Source: Clostridia bacterium (lineage in GTDB: Bacteria; Bacillota; Clostridia; Oscillospirales; CAG-272). Taken from it: a stretch of 44,959 nt of DNA. The stretch lies in assembly GCA_017461635.1 (NCBI GenBank), contig JAFTXK010000078.1:1-44959 (forward strand). Reading direction: 5' to 3'. Made by a program: the position numbers and the translations under genes. A model generated the notes under the pieces. It searched no databases and was not told the DNA's origin. It saw only the letters and a list, made by a program, of their open reading frames with translations. This document shows positions 26,464-35,046 of this stretch, in pieces; position 1 is the first letter of the stretch; every line of letters begins with the position of its first letter.

Positions 26464-27315
26464 TCAGTCCTCAACATTATGTGAATTGAGGATACTTCGC
26501 AGTGCCCAATAGCGCTTTTCGCCGTCAGTGTCGATCCGCGCGCGGAGATATGTACAGAGCGCATCTGTGAGAAGCATTTGCGAAAACTGCACCTCGGTGG
26601 GCGTTCCGATAATGGTCTTTCCGCTTGATGCTGCAATAAGCACTTCATCCGAAAGCTTTGCAAGGGGTGAATTTTTATTTGAGGTGATGGAAACGACGGG
26701 AACCCCCTTTTCCTTCGCGGTGCGGACTGCGTCAATTACCTCCTTGGTCTTTCCTGAGGAGGAAACTGCGAAGGCAAGGCAGTCGGGATCCAGCATCGAA
26801 GCCGAGATCGCACTGCTCAGCACGTCGGTTACAAAGCTTGCGGGAATTCCAAGCTGTAAGAGCTCGAAATGAAAGTTGCTCGCCACTACAGCCGAGCGGA
26901 AAACTCCGAAAAGCTCAACCTTTTTGGCGGAAAGGATCATTTCGGCAACTCTTTCAAGGGTGGATTCCTCGTTGATATTGGCAGTGTTGTTATAAGCTGT
27001 CAGGGTATCGGCAATATTTTTTCGCAGAACACGGCTTACGGTATCGTTTTTTTCTGCGGCACTGAATGGAAGCTCGGTATAATCCGAAAGCCCCTCGGCA
27101 ACCTTCAGCTTAAGCATAGGGAAGCCGCCGCCGGCGAATTTGTTTGAAAAATTGATAATACTTCCGTGGGAGACCTCGGCGATCTCAGAAAGCTCCACCA
27201 TCGAGTAGGTGGTGAATTTTTTCGGGTCATTCAGGATGATCTGCGCGATCCTGCGCTCCACCGGACTTAAAAACCTTAAATTTGAACTGAGTTCGCTCAA
27301 TAGTTTTTTTGCCAT
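26464..27315 (-). CDS. MurR/RpiR family transcriptional regulator (HTH + SIS domain)
   Basis: MAKKLLSELSSNLRFLSPVERRIAQIILNDPKKF...ELSEIAEVSHGSIINF (HTH_6), then an SIS domain (FAVSSSGKTKE). ATG 27315 follows AAAGGTGAG. The track ORF has a 26-aa extension. Confidence 0.88.
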   Translation of the reverse strand: MAKKLLSELSSNLRFLSPVERRIAQIILNDPKKFTTYSMVELSEIAEVSHGSIINFSNKFAGGGFPMLKLKVAEGLSDYTELPFSAAEKNDTVSRVLRKNIADTLTAYNNTANINEESTLERVAEMILSAKKVELFGVFRSAVVASNFHFELLQLGIPASFVTDVLSSAISASMLDPDCLAFAVSSSGKTKEVIDAVRTAKEKGVPVVSITSNKNSPLAKLSDEVLIAASSGKTIIGTPTEVQFSQMLLTDALCTYLRARIDTDGEKRYWALRSILNSHNVED

Positions 27316-27491
27316 TTTCTCACCTTTATTGTAAAAAATCTCAATCTTGCTTTTAGGCGCATTGAGTATATCACAGCAAAAGGATTTTGTCAATAGCTTT
27401 TTCGGATTAATATGTATTTTTTCGCAGCAATAGTAATTATTTAAAATTCTTTCATCTTTTGCGCAAATTATCGTTTCTGCATATATTGAAA

Positions 27492-27524
27492 GGGGTTATC
27501 TCACATAATTTGTGAGACAACCCC
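27492..27524 (-). terminator. Stem-loop downstream of the LRR/GH26-like ORF
   Basis: GGGGTT-ATCTCACA-taatt-TGTGAGA-C-AACCCC. Only a weak U-tract follows on the minus strand. Confidence 0.4.
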
Positions 27525-27534
27525 AAAGATATGT

Positions 27535-29196
27535 TTATTTCATTTGAGAGAGGGTGGTTTTGCCGCTTGAGCTTTCAAAATCACTGCCATAAAGATCGGC
27601 ATATTCAGTACCGGGATAGTATTCTTCGCCGCCCTCACCGCCTTCGTAGATCCAGATGATATTTCCGAGGGCACAGTCCTCTTCAAGATAGGGCACTGCG
27701 ATTTCCCAAAGCGCTCGGTATCTCTGCTTTGCTTCCTCTGTATCCCCGCCCTTCTCCGAAGGCGCACACCACCAACGGTTTTCTGTTGCAATGTCGGGCA
27801 TAAAGCTTAAATATACGGTTACGCCCTTTTCCTTTAGGAACTGTATAAGCATTCCTGTTCTTCCGAGCTGAACGAGAAAAGCATTTTGCTGAGGTGTTCC
27901 CTCTGTGAGAACATATTCCCAGTCCTTTACATTCAGTCTGCCGCCTGTAGTTCCTTCGTTTGTCGGATTGCCCGGTCTGAGACGGAGAAGTACGCTTCCG
28001 CCCGACATGGAATATTCCTCGATCTCCCCTGCAAGAGCTTTTAGAGCTGTTTCTGTACCGAGGCCGAGATCGAAAAGCGTATTTACATCAAAACGTATAA
28101 TTGCGGGAACATCTCCCGTCCTCTCATACTGCTCCGCAAGATAATCATCAAAAAATTCGATATCCTCTATGTCCTCGGGTGAACCGCGGAGAAGTGTTTT
28201 CATCTCGCCCAGGGTGACCTTTTCAACATTGGCGAGCATTTCCTTTCGTGTGAGAGGAGATCTTTCACATTCGGTAAGATTTTTAAGGGTTTCGGGAGCA
28301 AAGCTGTCACTTTGCGCCAGCTCATAGAGACTTGCGCTTATCATTTTAGTATAGAAGGTGAACTGTTCGCCCGTTTTTCTGTTTTCCAAAATCAGATAAC
28401 CGCGGAAGGACAGCTTTTCGGCGCATCTTTCGGCAATAAGACCTGTTTCTCCCTCAAAGCCCGTGGCGCAGAAGGTAAAAAGATCACCCGAATTTGGCAG
28501 AGATATATGGGGAACGGTTTCGATCCCATCTCCCAAAAATATCTGTTCCTTTATATACGACATAGATCGGGTAAGGAGCGCACCCGAAGTTCCTCTGTCT
28601 CTTGAAGCCAGTGCGCCTGCCGCGGCTATCCTGTAAATATCATTACCTTCGCCCGAAATAAGGGCAAAGCTTGCGCGCAGGCCGAGACTTTCTCCGTCTC
28701 TCACCTTCAAATTCGAAAGACGGTAGACCGGCTTTGCATAAAGAGTGGTCGTTTCCTTTATCGGAGTATTCATATCATATGGGTTCTCACCCTCGGGATC
28801 GGTATAAAGCAGGCATATGTCGCCGCCGACTTCGAAATTCTTAAGGCTCTGACCTGCGATGACCTCTATATTTTCTACCAGCTTTTTACTGCCGACCATG
28901 CGAAGTGCTACACTGCAGGGATAAAGGAAATCTATTCCATGGCTTACGGCAAAGCTCTCAGCTTCGGAATCGGTATATCCGCGGAAGGTCTTAAGTGATG
29001 TACAGCCTTCAAAGGCTTTAGGATCGATGGCTGCATCAAGCTCAAAGATGACCTCGGTAAGATTTTCACAATTAAGAAAAGCGCTTCGGTCTATCTTTGT
29101 TATCATTGCGGGAACGGTGAAGACAGTGAGGCCTGTGCAGTTCTTGAAGGTCTCGATGCCGATGCTTTCCTGCTCAAGATCCTCCGAAAAGATCAC
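27535..29196 (-). CDS. Distal part of a BspA-type leucine-rich-repeat surface protein with a GH26-like C-terminal segment (in frame with the upstream ORF across one TAA)
   Basis: It begins in mid-LRR (ETFKNCTGLTVFTVPAMITKIDRSAFLNCENLTEVIF...AFEGCTSLKTF) and lacks its own signal peptide or good RBS. The C-terminus ...NRWWCAP...YRALWEIAVPYLEE...NIIWIYEG...YYPGTEYADLYGSDF resembles the GH26 motif order. Confidence 0.6.
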   Translation of the reverse strand: MIFSEDLEQESIGIETFKNCTGLTVFTVPAMITKIDRSAFLNCENLTEVIFELDAAIDPKAFEGCTSLKTFRGYTDSEAESFAVSHGIDFLYPCSVALRMVGSKKLVENIEVIAGQSLKNFEVGGDICLLYTDPEGENPYDMNTPIKETTTLYAKPVYRLSNLKVRDGESLGLRASFALISGEGNDIYRIAAAGALASRDRGTSGALLTRSMSYIKEQIFLGDGIETVPHISLPNSGDLFTFCATGFEGETGLIAERCAEKLSFRGYLILENRKTGEQFTFYTKMISASLYELAQSDSFAPETLKNLTECERSPLTRKEMLANVEKVTLGEMKTLLRGSPEDIEDIEFFDDYLAEQYERTGDVPAIIRFDVNTLFDLGLGTETALKALAGEIEEYSMSGGSVLLRLRPGNPTNEGTTGGRLNVKDWEYVLTEGTPQQNAFLVQLGRTGMLIQFLKEKGVTVYLSFMPDIATENRWWCAPSEKGGDTEEAKQRYRALWEIAVPYLEEDCALGNIIWIYEGGEGGEEYYPGTEYADLYGSDFESSSGKTTLSQMK

Positions 29197-29271
29197 TTTT
29201 TGGAGTTCTTTGCATCCGTCAAAGCAGTAAGCTGATATTTTCAGAACATCTGACAGATCAAAAACACCCTT

Positions 29272-30462
29272 TTAGGGTTCGGATTCTTCAAGATAGATGC
29301 TCTCTACCTTCGGACAGTGCTCGAAAACAGCACCTTCAAGATCAGTAAGGGAACGCGGTATCATTACGGTTTCCAGATTCGACATCCCCGTAAAGAAATT
29401 GCCCTTTATTTTTGTAATATTACATTCGATCTTAATATTGATTATCTGATCCAGATATTCTGCTGCCGAGCCTTCCTTATAAGTATTATAGCCCGTATTC
29501 TTGCCCCATCTGTCGTAAAAGGCAAGAGTTTCACCTTCTCCGTCGATATACATATCGTATTTTGGAGATTCGTTTGTATATGCTTCGTTCTTTTTTATCT
29601 GCCAGTAAAGACCTATGCCTGCAGAGCCGCTGTCAATGGCATCAGGATCTGGGGCATAAGGAACCTGATCGGGTGTTTCGCCGCCCCATCTGAGATCTTT
29701 ATCTCTTGCCTCTCCGTAAAGCTCGTCAGCTTCGCCTGCAATATAGGCATATTCCGCTCCGGAAAATGCACGGCTGTCTATATCAGGCGCGCCTTTGATA
29801 TGTACATAATGGAGAGCGGTGCAATTCTTGAAGCATTCCTCGGCGATAACGGTTATGCCCGCCGGAACTGTCAAGGTATCAAGCAAACGGCAATTACTAA
29901 AGCACTGCTTTCCGAGCAGACCCGTAAGATCATTGGAAAGAGTTATTGATTTCATAGAATAGCAGCCGGTGAAGGCATATGCTTTTATTGAGGTAACAGT
30001 GCTAAGGTCAAAGCCAATGCTGTTTGTTCTGCCTCTGACAGTGACCTTTTCCAGCAGATGGCAGTCCTGAAAGGCCGCCCCGCCAAGAGATTTCAGGCTT
30101 TCGGGTATGACGGCTTCCTTTGCCTTTTTTAGAAAAGCAAGACCGTAATTTCCGATGCCTTCAATACCGTCTCCGATCTCAATTCGGGTAATATTATCTG
30201 CGAAAGGGGCAAAAACACTTTTTTCGCGCGTGTCATATTTCAGCTCTTTGCCTTCGCTGTCCATCCCGCTAAAGGCTCCGGCTCCGTTTATGTAAAGAGT
30301 ATATTCAGGATTTTCCTCGTTTCCGTAATTTACGATCTCATAAAAGACGGTTTCGCTTAGACTTCCTTCTGCGATCTTTTCCTCGGCGCAGATACCGAGG
30401 GTCAGAACCGCCGTAAATATCAGAATAGACATAAGTGCCGCCGCGATCCTTGATTTTTTCAT
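29272..30462 (-). CDS. Proximal part of the BspA-type leucine-rich-repeat surface protein (signal peptide + LRR_5-type repeats)
   Basis: MKKSRIAAALMSILIFTAVLTLGICA signal peptide. Repeats of the AF..C..L..V.IP type follow (AFQDCHLLEKVTV, AFTGCYSMKSITL, CFSNCRLLDTLTVP, CFKNCTALHYVHI). RBS AAAGGAG. Confidence 0.75.
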   Translation of the reverse strand: MKKSRIAAALMSILIFTAVLTLGICAEEKIAEGSLSETVFYEIVNYGNEENPEYTLYINGAGAFSGMDSEGKELKYDTREKSVFAPFADNITRIEIGDGIEGIGNYGLAFLKKAKEAVIPESLKSLGGAAFQDCHLLEKVTVRGRTNSIGFDLSTVTSIKAYAFTGCYSMKSITLSNDLTGLLGKQCFSNCRLLDTLTVPAGITVIAEECFKNCTALHYVHIKGAPDIDSRAFSGAEYAYIAGEADELYGEARDKDLRWGGETPDQVPYAPDPDAIDSGSAGIGLYWQIKKNEAYTNESPKYDMYIDGEGETLAFYDRWGKNTGYNTYKEGSAAEYLDQIINIKIECNITKIKGNFFTGMSNLETVMIPRSLTDLEGAVFEHCPKVESIYLEESEP

Positions 30463-30741
30463 AGAAAAGCTCCTTTGAGGTTGTATATGTGGAAAATTCT
30501 TAGCCTAATATTCTATAGGGCATATCTAAAAACTCCCCGCATGGCGAAATCCGAGCTTAGCTCGGGGGCGGATCTTTTTCCGTCATTCGTCACAAAAATT
30601 CTTCGCAGAGTATTTAGAGATGTCCTATAGTTTATTTTACCATCCGTTGGGCAATATGTCAACATAAGTTTATTATTTTTATCCCTTTCGAATATTTTTT
30701 ATTTTCCATGACGAGAATAAATAAAAAGCGAGGTGATACGA

Positions 30742-32172
30742 ATGTCGGGAGAAATTTGCGGAACGGGACTTAACCGCTTCTGTGCCATCGGGAAGCTGCA
30801 TTTTTACAGCCGTGCTGTCGCCTCGAGAGGCTGTAATATGGCGGAAGCAGCTGAAAATGATCTCATTCCCATAGAGCTTTCACGTCTCGAGATCGCCATA
30901 GGCAATGTCAGGGAAAAATATGAGAATGACGATTCTGCGGAAAGTGATTTTGCCGTCAGTATTCTTGATGATATCCATGGCAAGGCAAGGGAAGAGATAT
31001 TTCGCGGGATCGGTGCCGCCGATTCGGTACGCTATGTCTCGGAAGCTCTTTTTTATGAGCTTGCGGAAAGCGGCGACCCTTATGTTTCTCTGAGAAGTGC
31101 CGTATGTGCCGAAGCAGGTGGGTATCTTGCCGCCGAGCTCTCGGGGGAGAAGGAAAAAATATCTCTCAGATCTATAAAGCCGGTTATTCTGATCGCTGAA
31201 AATATTACTGTGAAGGAGCTGGAGAGCCTTGACAGATCAATGCTTCTCGGTCTTTTTCTTCCCAATGCCTCGCCTTTGTCGGAAGATGCGCTTTATGCTC
31301 ATTCATTTGGGATACCGCTTATCGTTGGCTCTGAAAACAGACTTGAAAAAGAAAAGCTTGAGGGGGTAGATGCCGTTATTGACGGTGAAAAAGGAATAAT
31401 ACTCACCGAGCCCGAAAGCGATGTGATAGAGCAGTATGCCCTGCGTCTCGGCGACCTTTCGGTTTGCAGATCTTCAGAAAAAAGTGCTGTGAAAAAGCTT
31501 GCTGTTATAAATTGCGAAGCCGATCTTGATATGTTTTCAGCCGAAAATTCTGACGGAATAGGGATCCTGAATTTTGAAAGCCTGCTTAAAAGCGCTTCTC
31601 CCATAGAGGAGGAAAGGCTTTATTCGTTATTTCGCTTGGCAGCAGATAGCTCAGGAGGAAAGGAGGTCCGAATACTTTTGCCGAGCAAAAACGAATATCT
31701 GAGAAAAACGGTTTCGGCGGCGATGCGTGCGGCTGTTTTCGGAGATTTCTCGGTCATTCTTCCCTCGGTGCTTTCGAAAGCGGATATGCAAATGGTGAGA
31801 GGAGAGATCGCAACGATGGAAAATGATTTTTCCGTTGAGCTTCATGTGGGGGCGCTTGTCAGAAACGGGGCAGTTCTGACGATGTGTGAGGATATCGCTC
31901 CGCTTTGCGACTTTTTGATGATAGACTGCGATTCGCTTTTTCTCTCGCTTCTGTATCCTAAAAGGGCAGAAGACATAGCGCCAAAGGATATCGCAGAAAA
32001 TTCCGAGAGCCTTATCAGAGCCGCGGAGATGATAATAAAAGTCTGCAAGAGCTCGGGAACAGATATCGGCATATGCGGAATGCTCGCCATGCGCAAAAGA
32101 TTTTATAGCAGACTTTTACCCCTTGGTATAAAGGAAATTGCGCTCCCTCCACCTTACATCGGATTTGTTTGA
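30742..32172 (+). CDS. PTS Enzyme I-like (PEP-utilising family) protein with degenerate catalytic residues
   Basis: It is collinear with EI: N-terminal GTGLNRFCAIGKLHFY, swivel-domain region VILIAENIT...SEDALYAHSFGIPLIVG, and C-domain SDGIGILNFESLL, FLMIDCDSLF, GICGMLAM. ATG 30742 follows GAGGTGA. Confidence 0.65.
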   Translation: MSGEICGTGLNRFCAIGKLHFYSRAVASRGCNMAEAAENDLIPIELSRLEIAIGNVREKYENDDSAESDFAVSILDDIHGKAREEIFRGIGAADSVRYVSEALFYELAESGDPYVSLRSAVCAEAGGYLAAELSGEKEKISLRSIKPVILIAENITVKELESLDRSMLLGLFLPNASPLSEDALYAHSFGIPLIVGSENRLEKEKLEGVDAVIDGEKGIILTEPESDVIEQYALRLGDLSVCRSSEKSAVKKLAVINCEADLDMFSAENSDGIGILNFESLLKSASPIEEERLYSLFRLAADSSGGKEVRILLPSKNEYLRKTVSAAMRAAVFGDFSVILPSVLSKADMQMVRGEIATMENDFSVELHVGALVRNGAVLTMCEDIAPLCDFLMIDCDSLFLSLLYPKRAEDIAPKDIAENSESLIRAAEMIIKVCKSSGTDIGICGMLAMRKRFYSRLLPLGIKEIALPPPYIGFV

Positions 32173-32255
32173 TAAATTTGACGTAGCAATAAAAGAATTA
32201 TTTTAATGTTCTTTTTTAGATCGGTTATCAGCCAAAAGCAATTTTTATATCTCTA

Positions 32256-32285
32256 AACGCAGGGAAAATACTCCCTGCGTTTTTC
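32256..32285 (+). terminator. Rho-independent terminator after the EI-like gene
   Basis: ACGCAGGG-aaaatact-CCCTGCGT followed by TTTTCAT. Confidence 0.6.
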
Positions 32286-32343
32286 ATATACTGAGAAAAT
32301 GTTAAATTTTTTCTTAAAATTCTCTTTATGCTTTCATTTGCTA

Positions 32344-32372
32344 TTGCAATGGCAAAAAATATATGTTATAAT
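32344..32372 (+). promoter_or_regulatory. SigmaA promoter for the large lipoprotein gene
   Basis: TTGCAA-17 nt-TATAAT. Confidence 0.55.
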
Positions 32373-32469
32373 CTAAAAAGAGCATTATTTGTCCGAAAAT
32401 GACGGGCAAATGGCATTGATATCATATGTTTTCAGCAATATTTTTCTTTTTTACGGAGGTGCTTCGGCT

Positions 32470-35025
32470 ATGAGATCCTTTTCTTTATTTCAGAGCGCAA
32501 GAAAGTCTTTTATTTTTTTGCTTCTGCTTGCCTTGGCTGTCTTTCTGTTTGCTTCCTGCTCCGGAGAGAGCGGCGAAAGGATAAGCGAGATAAAAAGCGT
32601 TAAATATGATAAGGAAAATGCACAGATAAACATCTCTGCGACCCTCGATTCGGCTGACGTGCGCGAATTTCGGGGCGAAACGGTATATCTCATTGAGGTT
32701 CCCGCCAACAGCAGTATCTCGGATATAGTGACGCTTATTCCCGTGGCTCAGTCGAGATCGGGGGCTGAAATGTCTTTTTCACTTCCGCTGAAGGATGGGG
32801 CGAGAACTATGCTTTATTCGGGCTTTGTCCTGGCGGTCTTCGATCAGACCAACGGTTATATTCCTCTCTGCCAAGTCAGATATCTCGATAACCCCGATGC
32901 ACTTGCGGCAAATTCCGCATCCTATCCCATTTATTCCTCTATAAAGGGACTTTCCATCGTTTCTTCCTCGGATGCAGTTGCTCTTGGCGCAAGACATACC
33001 GTTATACGCATCCCGATAGAGGATTATCTGCTTTCGGAAAGCACCGAAGGGGCTCTTTCATATGTTTTTGACGGAAATCCCTACTATTACAGTGCTTCAA
33101 AAATAAGCGAGCTTGATTATAAGATCAAAAATCTCACAGGGGCAGGCATGGAGATCTTCCTTGAATTTACCCTCGACACTCCAAGAGAGGGATTGCCTGC
33201 GGCACTTGCAAATCTCGCATCAAAATCCGCCTTTGTCGGTTCGGAAGAGGAGGAAAATACCTCGGAAGATGACGGTAAGCACTATGCTGTCTCGGTTACA
33301 AACGGTGAAAGCTACCGCTATATGGCGGCATTCTTTGAAATGCTTGCCGAGCGTTATACCCGAAGTGACGGCAAGTATGGCTTTGCCGCCGCATATATTA
33401 TTGGGAACGGCGTAAATTCCGCAGAGGATGATCCCAGAACACTCAGCGACAGCGCATCTCGCTATGCAAAGCTTCTGCGCATAGCGTCCTCGGCTCTCAG
33501 ATCAAAATATGCCGAAGGAAAAGTTTTGGTTTCTCTCGATAATAAATGGACGGTTCCCGACGCCGCCGAGGAGAATACAGATATCCCGAATCCTGCCGCT
33601 CCGATCTCTCAGCGGCTGAATTTCGGCGGTGCGGAATATCTGACCGCACTTGAGAATGAGATCGAGAAGGGCGGTATCATCGAATACGGTATTGCTTTGA
33701 TGCCCAATGCATCGGATAATTCGAGCGCAGTCTGGAATGACGCAGGGGCTCTTGATTCCGGTAAGACAGAATATCTTACTGTTAAAAATCTCTCTATTGC
33801 ACGCGATCACATCGGCGAGGATAAAGAGATTATAATATACAATTACGGTATTTCAGCCGAGGATACAATTTCTATGGCGGCATCCTATGCCTATGCTTAT
33901 CTGAAAGCGGCGGAGATCGGTGCTTCTGCCTTTATCTATAACGGTCAGTGGGATGATTCAACAGGAAACGGAAAGACCGGACTTTGGAGCACTGACGAGG
34001 GCGGTATCGCTTCGGAAAAACGCGAGATATATGAGGTTTTCAAAAATATCGATGTTAAAGATGCGCTTCTTCCCGAGCTTGTAAGCAATAGGATAGGAAG
34101 CGAATGGTCTGTTCTTTATGAAAAATACGGCAAAGAGATCAAGAGTGCCGAAGTAACTTCAAGCATCGGATCAACCGTTAAAAATGAAAACGACAGGGCT
34201 CTGAAAAAAGCTGAGGATATATATATTTTCGATTTTTCGCAGGGTAAGAGCTTTGATTTCTTCCCCTCTGACAGCGCGGCATATGTTGAGATCGCAAATT
34301 ATCTCGGTGTCAGTGCGCTGAAAAGCGGGCTTCAACCCAAATATAAGGGTGAAAACATAGGCGTAAGAAGCTCCCCTATACCCTTTGAAACTCTTGAAAA
34401 TGCACTGCAGATAACGGCTGTGCTTTCCGCTGATCCGGGCGAGGGCAATACTGCGCTTCTGACCCTTGGGCTATCTCAAAACGGAGAGAAGGGAAGTCTT
34501 TTCCATACATCAACAGTATCGGTGCAGGCATCTAACCGTCAAACCGTTTATTTTGACATAAGCGAAGCAGGGCTTGACAAGGATCTCGGCGATGTTACCC
34601 TTTATCTATGGGTCAGATCCGAGGCGGAAAGATCCCCTGTATATTCGGGCGGCGAGGCCGAGGAACAATTGCTCTACATCGAAAGCTTTAAGGCTTCCGT
34701 CAGAAAGAGTGGAAACGGAATAATATGGACGGTAATCGTCGTTATACTTCTTATAATAATTCTTGCAGTGCTTTATCTGCTGTTCCTTTATAGCCCAAAG
34801 CCTAAAAATACAAGATATAATGCACCTGTGCGCGGCGGCAGACCTATGCAGGGGCAGAGACCGAGCGGCTCTCAAAGACCCTATCCCCCTCAGAGAACAA
34901 ACGGCAGACCGAATCAGAGACCGATGAATCGTCAGCCGAATCCGCAGAGACCTCGCCACACAGGCGGTTCGGCAAATCAGTCTTACAGGGGGCAGATGCC
35001 GCCGAGACCTCCTCAAAACCGCTGA
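32470..35025 (+). CDS. Large putative lipoprotein with a C-terminal TM helix and an Arg/Pro/Gln-rich tail; central domain of unknown (possibly glycoside-hydrolase-like) function
   Basis: ATG 32470 follows GGAGGTG. The signal peptide ends in a lipobox-like FASC (Cys30). A TM segment IIWTVIVVILLIIILAVLYLLFLY lies near the C-terminus, followed by QRP-repeat low complexity. The track ORF start (32389) is a TTG extension. Confidence 0.65.
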   Translation: MRSFSLFQSARKSFIFLLLLALAVFLFASCSGESGERISEIKSVKYDKENAQINISATLDSADVREFRGETVYLIEVPANSSISDIVTLIPVAQSRSGAEMSFSLPLKDGARTMLYSGFVLAVFDQTNGYIPLCQVRYLDNPDALAANSASYPIYSSIKGLSIVSSSDAVALGARHTVIRIPIEDYLLSESTEGALSYVFDGNPYYYSASKISELDYKIKNLTGAGMEIFLEFTLDTPREGLPAALANLASKSAFVGSEEEENTSEDDGKHYAVSVTNGESYRYMAAFFEMLAERYTRSDGKYGFAAAYIIGNGVNSAEDDPRTLSDSASRYAKLLRIASSALRSKYAEGKVLVSLDNKWTVPDAAEENTDIPNPAAPISQRLNFGGAEYLTALENEIEKGGIIEYGIALMPNASDNSSAVWNDAGALDSGKTEYLTVKNLSIARDHIGEDKEIIIYNYGISAEDTISMAASYAYAYLKAAEIGASAFIYNGQWDDSTGNGKTGLWSTDEGGIASEKREIYEVFKNIDVKDALLPELVSNRIGSEWSVLYEKYGKEIKSAEVTSSIGSTVKNENDRALKKAEDIYIFDFSQGKSFDFFPSDSAAYVEIANYLGVSALKSGLQPKYKGENIGVRSSPIPFETLENALQITAVLSADPGEGNTALLTLGLSQNGEKGSLFHTSTVSVQASNRQTVYFDISEAGLDKDLGDVTLYLWVRSEAERSPVYSGGEAEEQLLYIESFKASVRKSGNGIIWTVIVVILLIIILAVLYLLFLYSPKPKNTRYNAPVRGGRPMQGQRPSGSQRPYPPQRTNGRPNQRPMNRQPNPQRPRHTGGSANQSYRGQMPPRPPQNR

Positions 35026-35046
35026 GACAGAAACAGGAGACACCTA

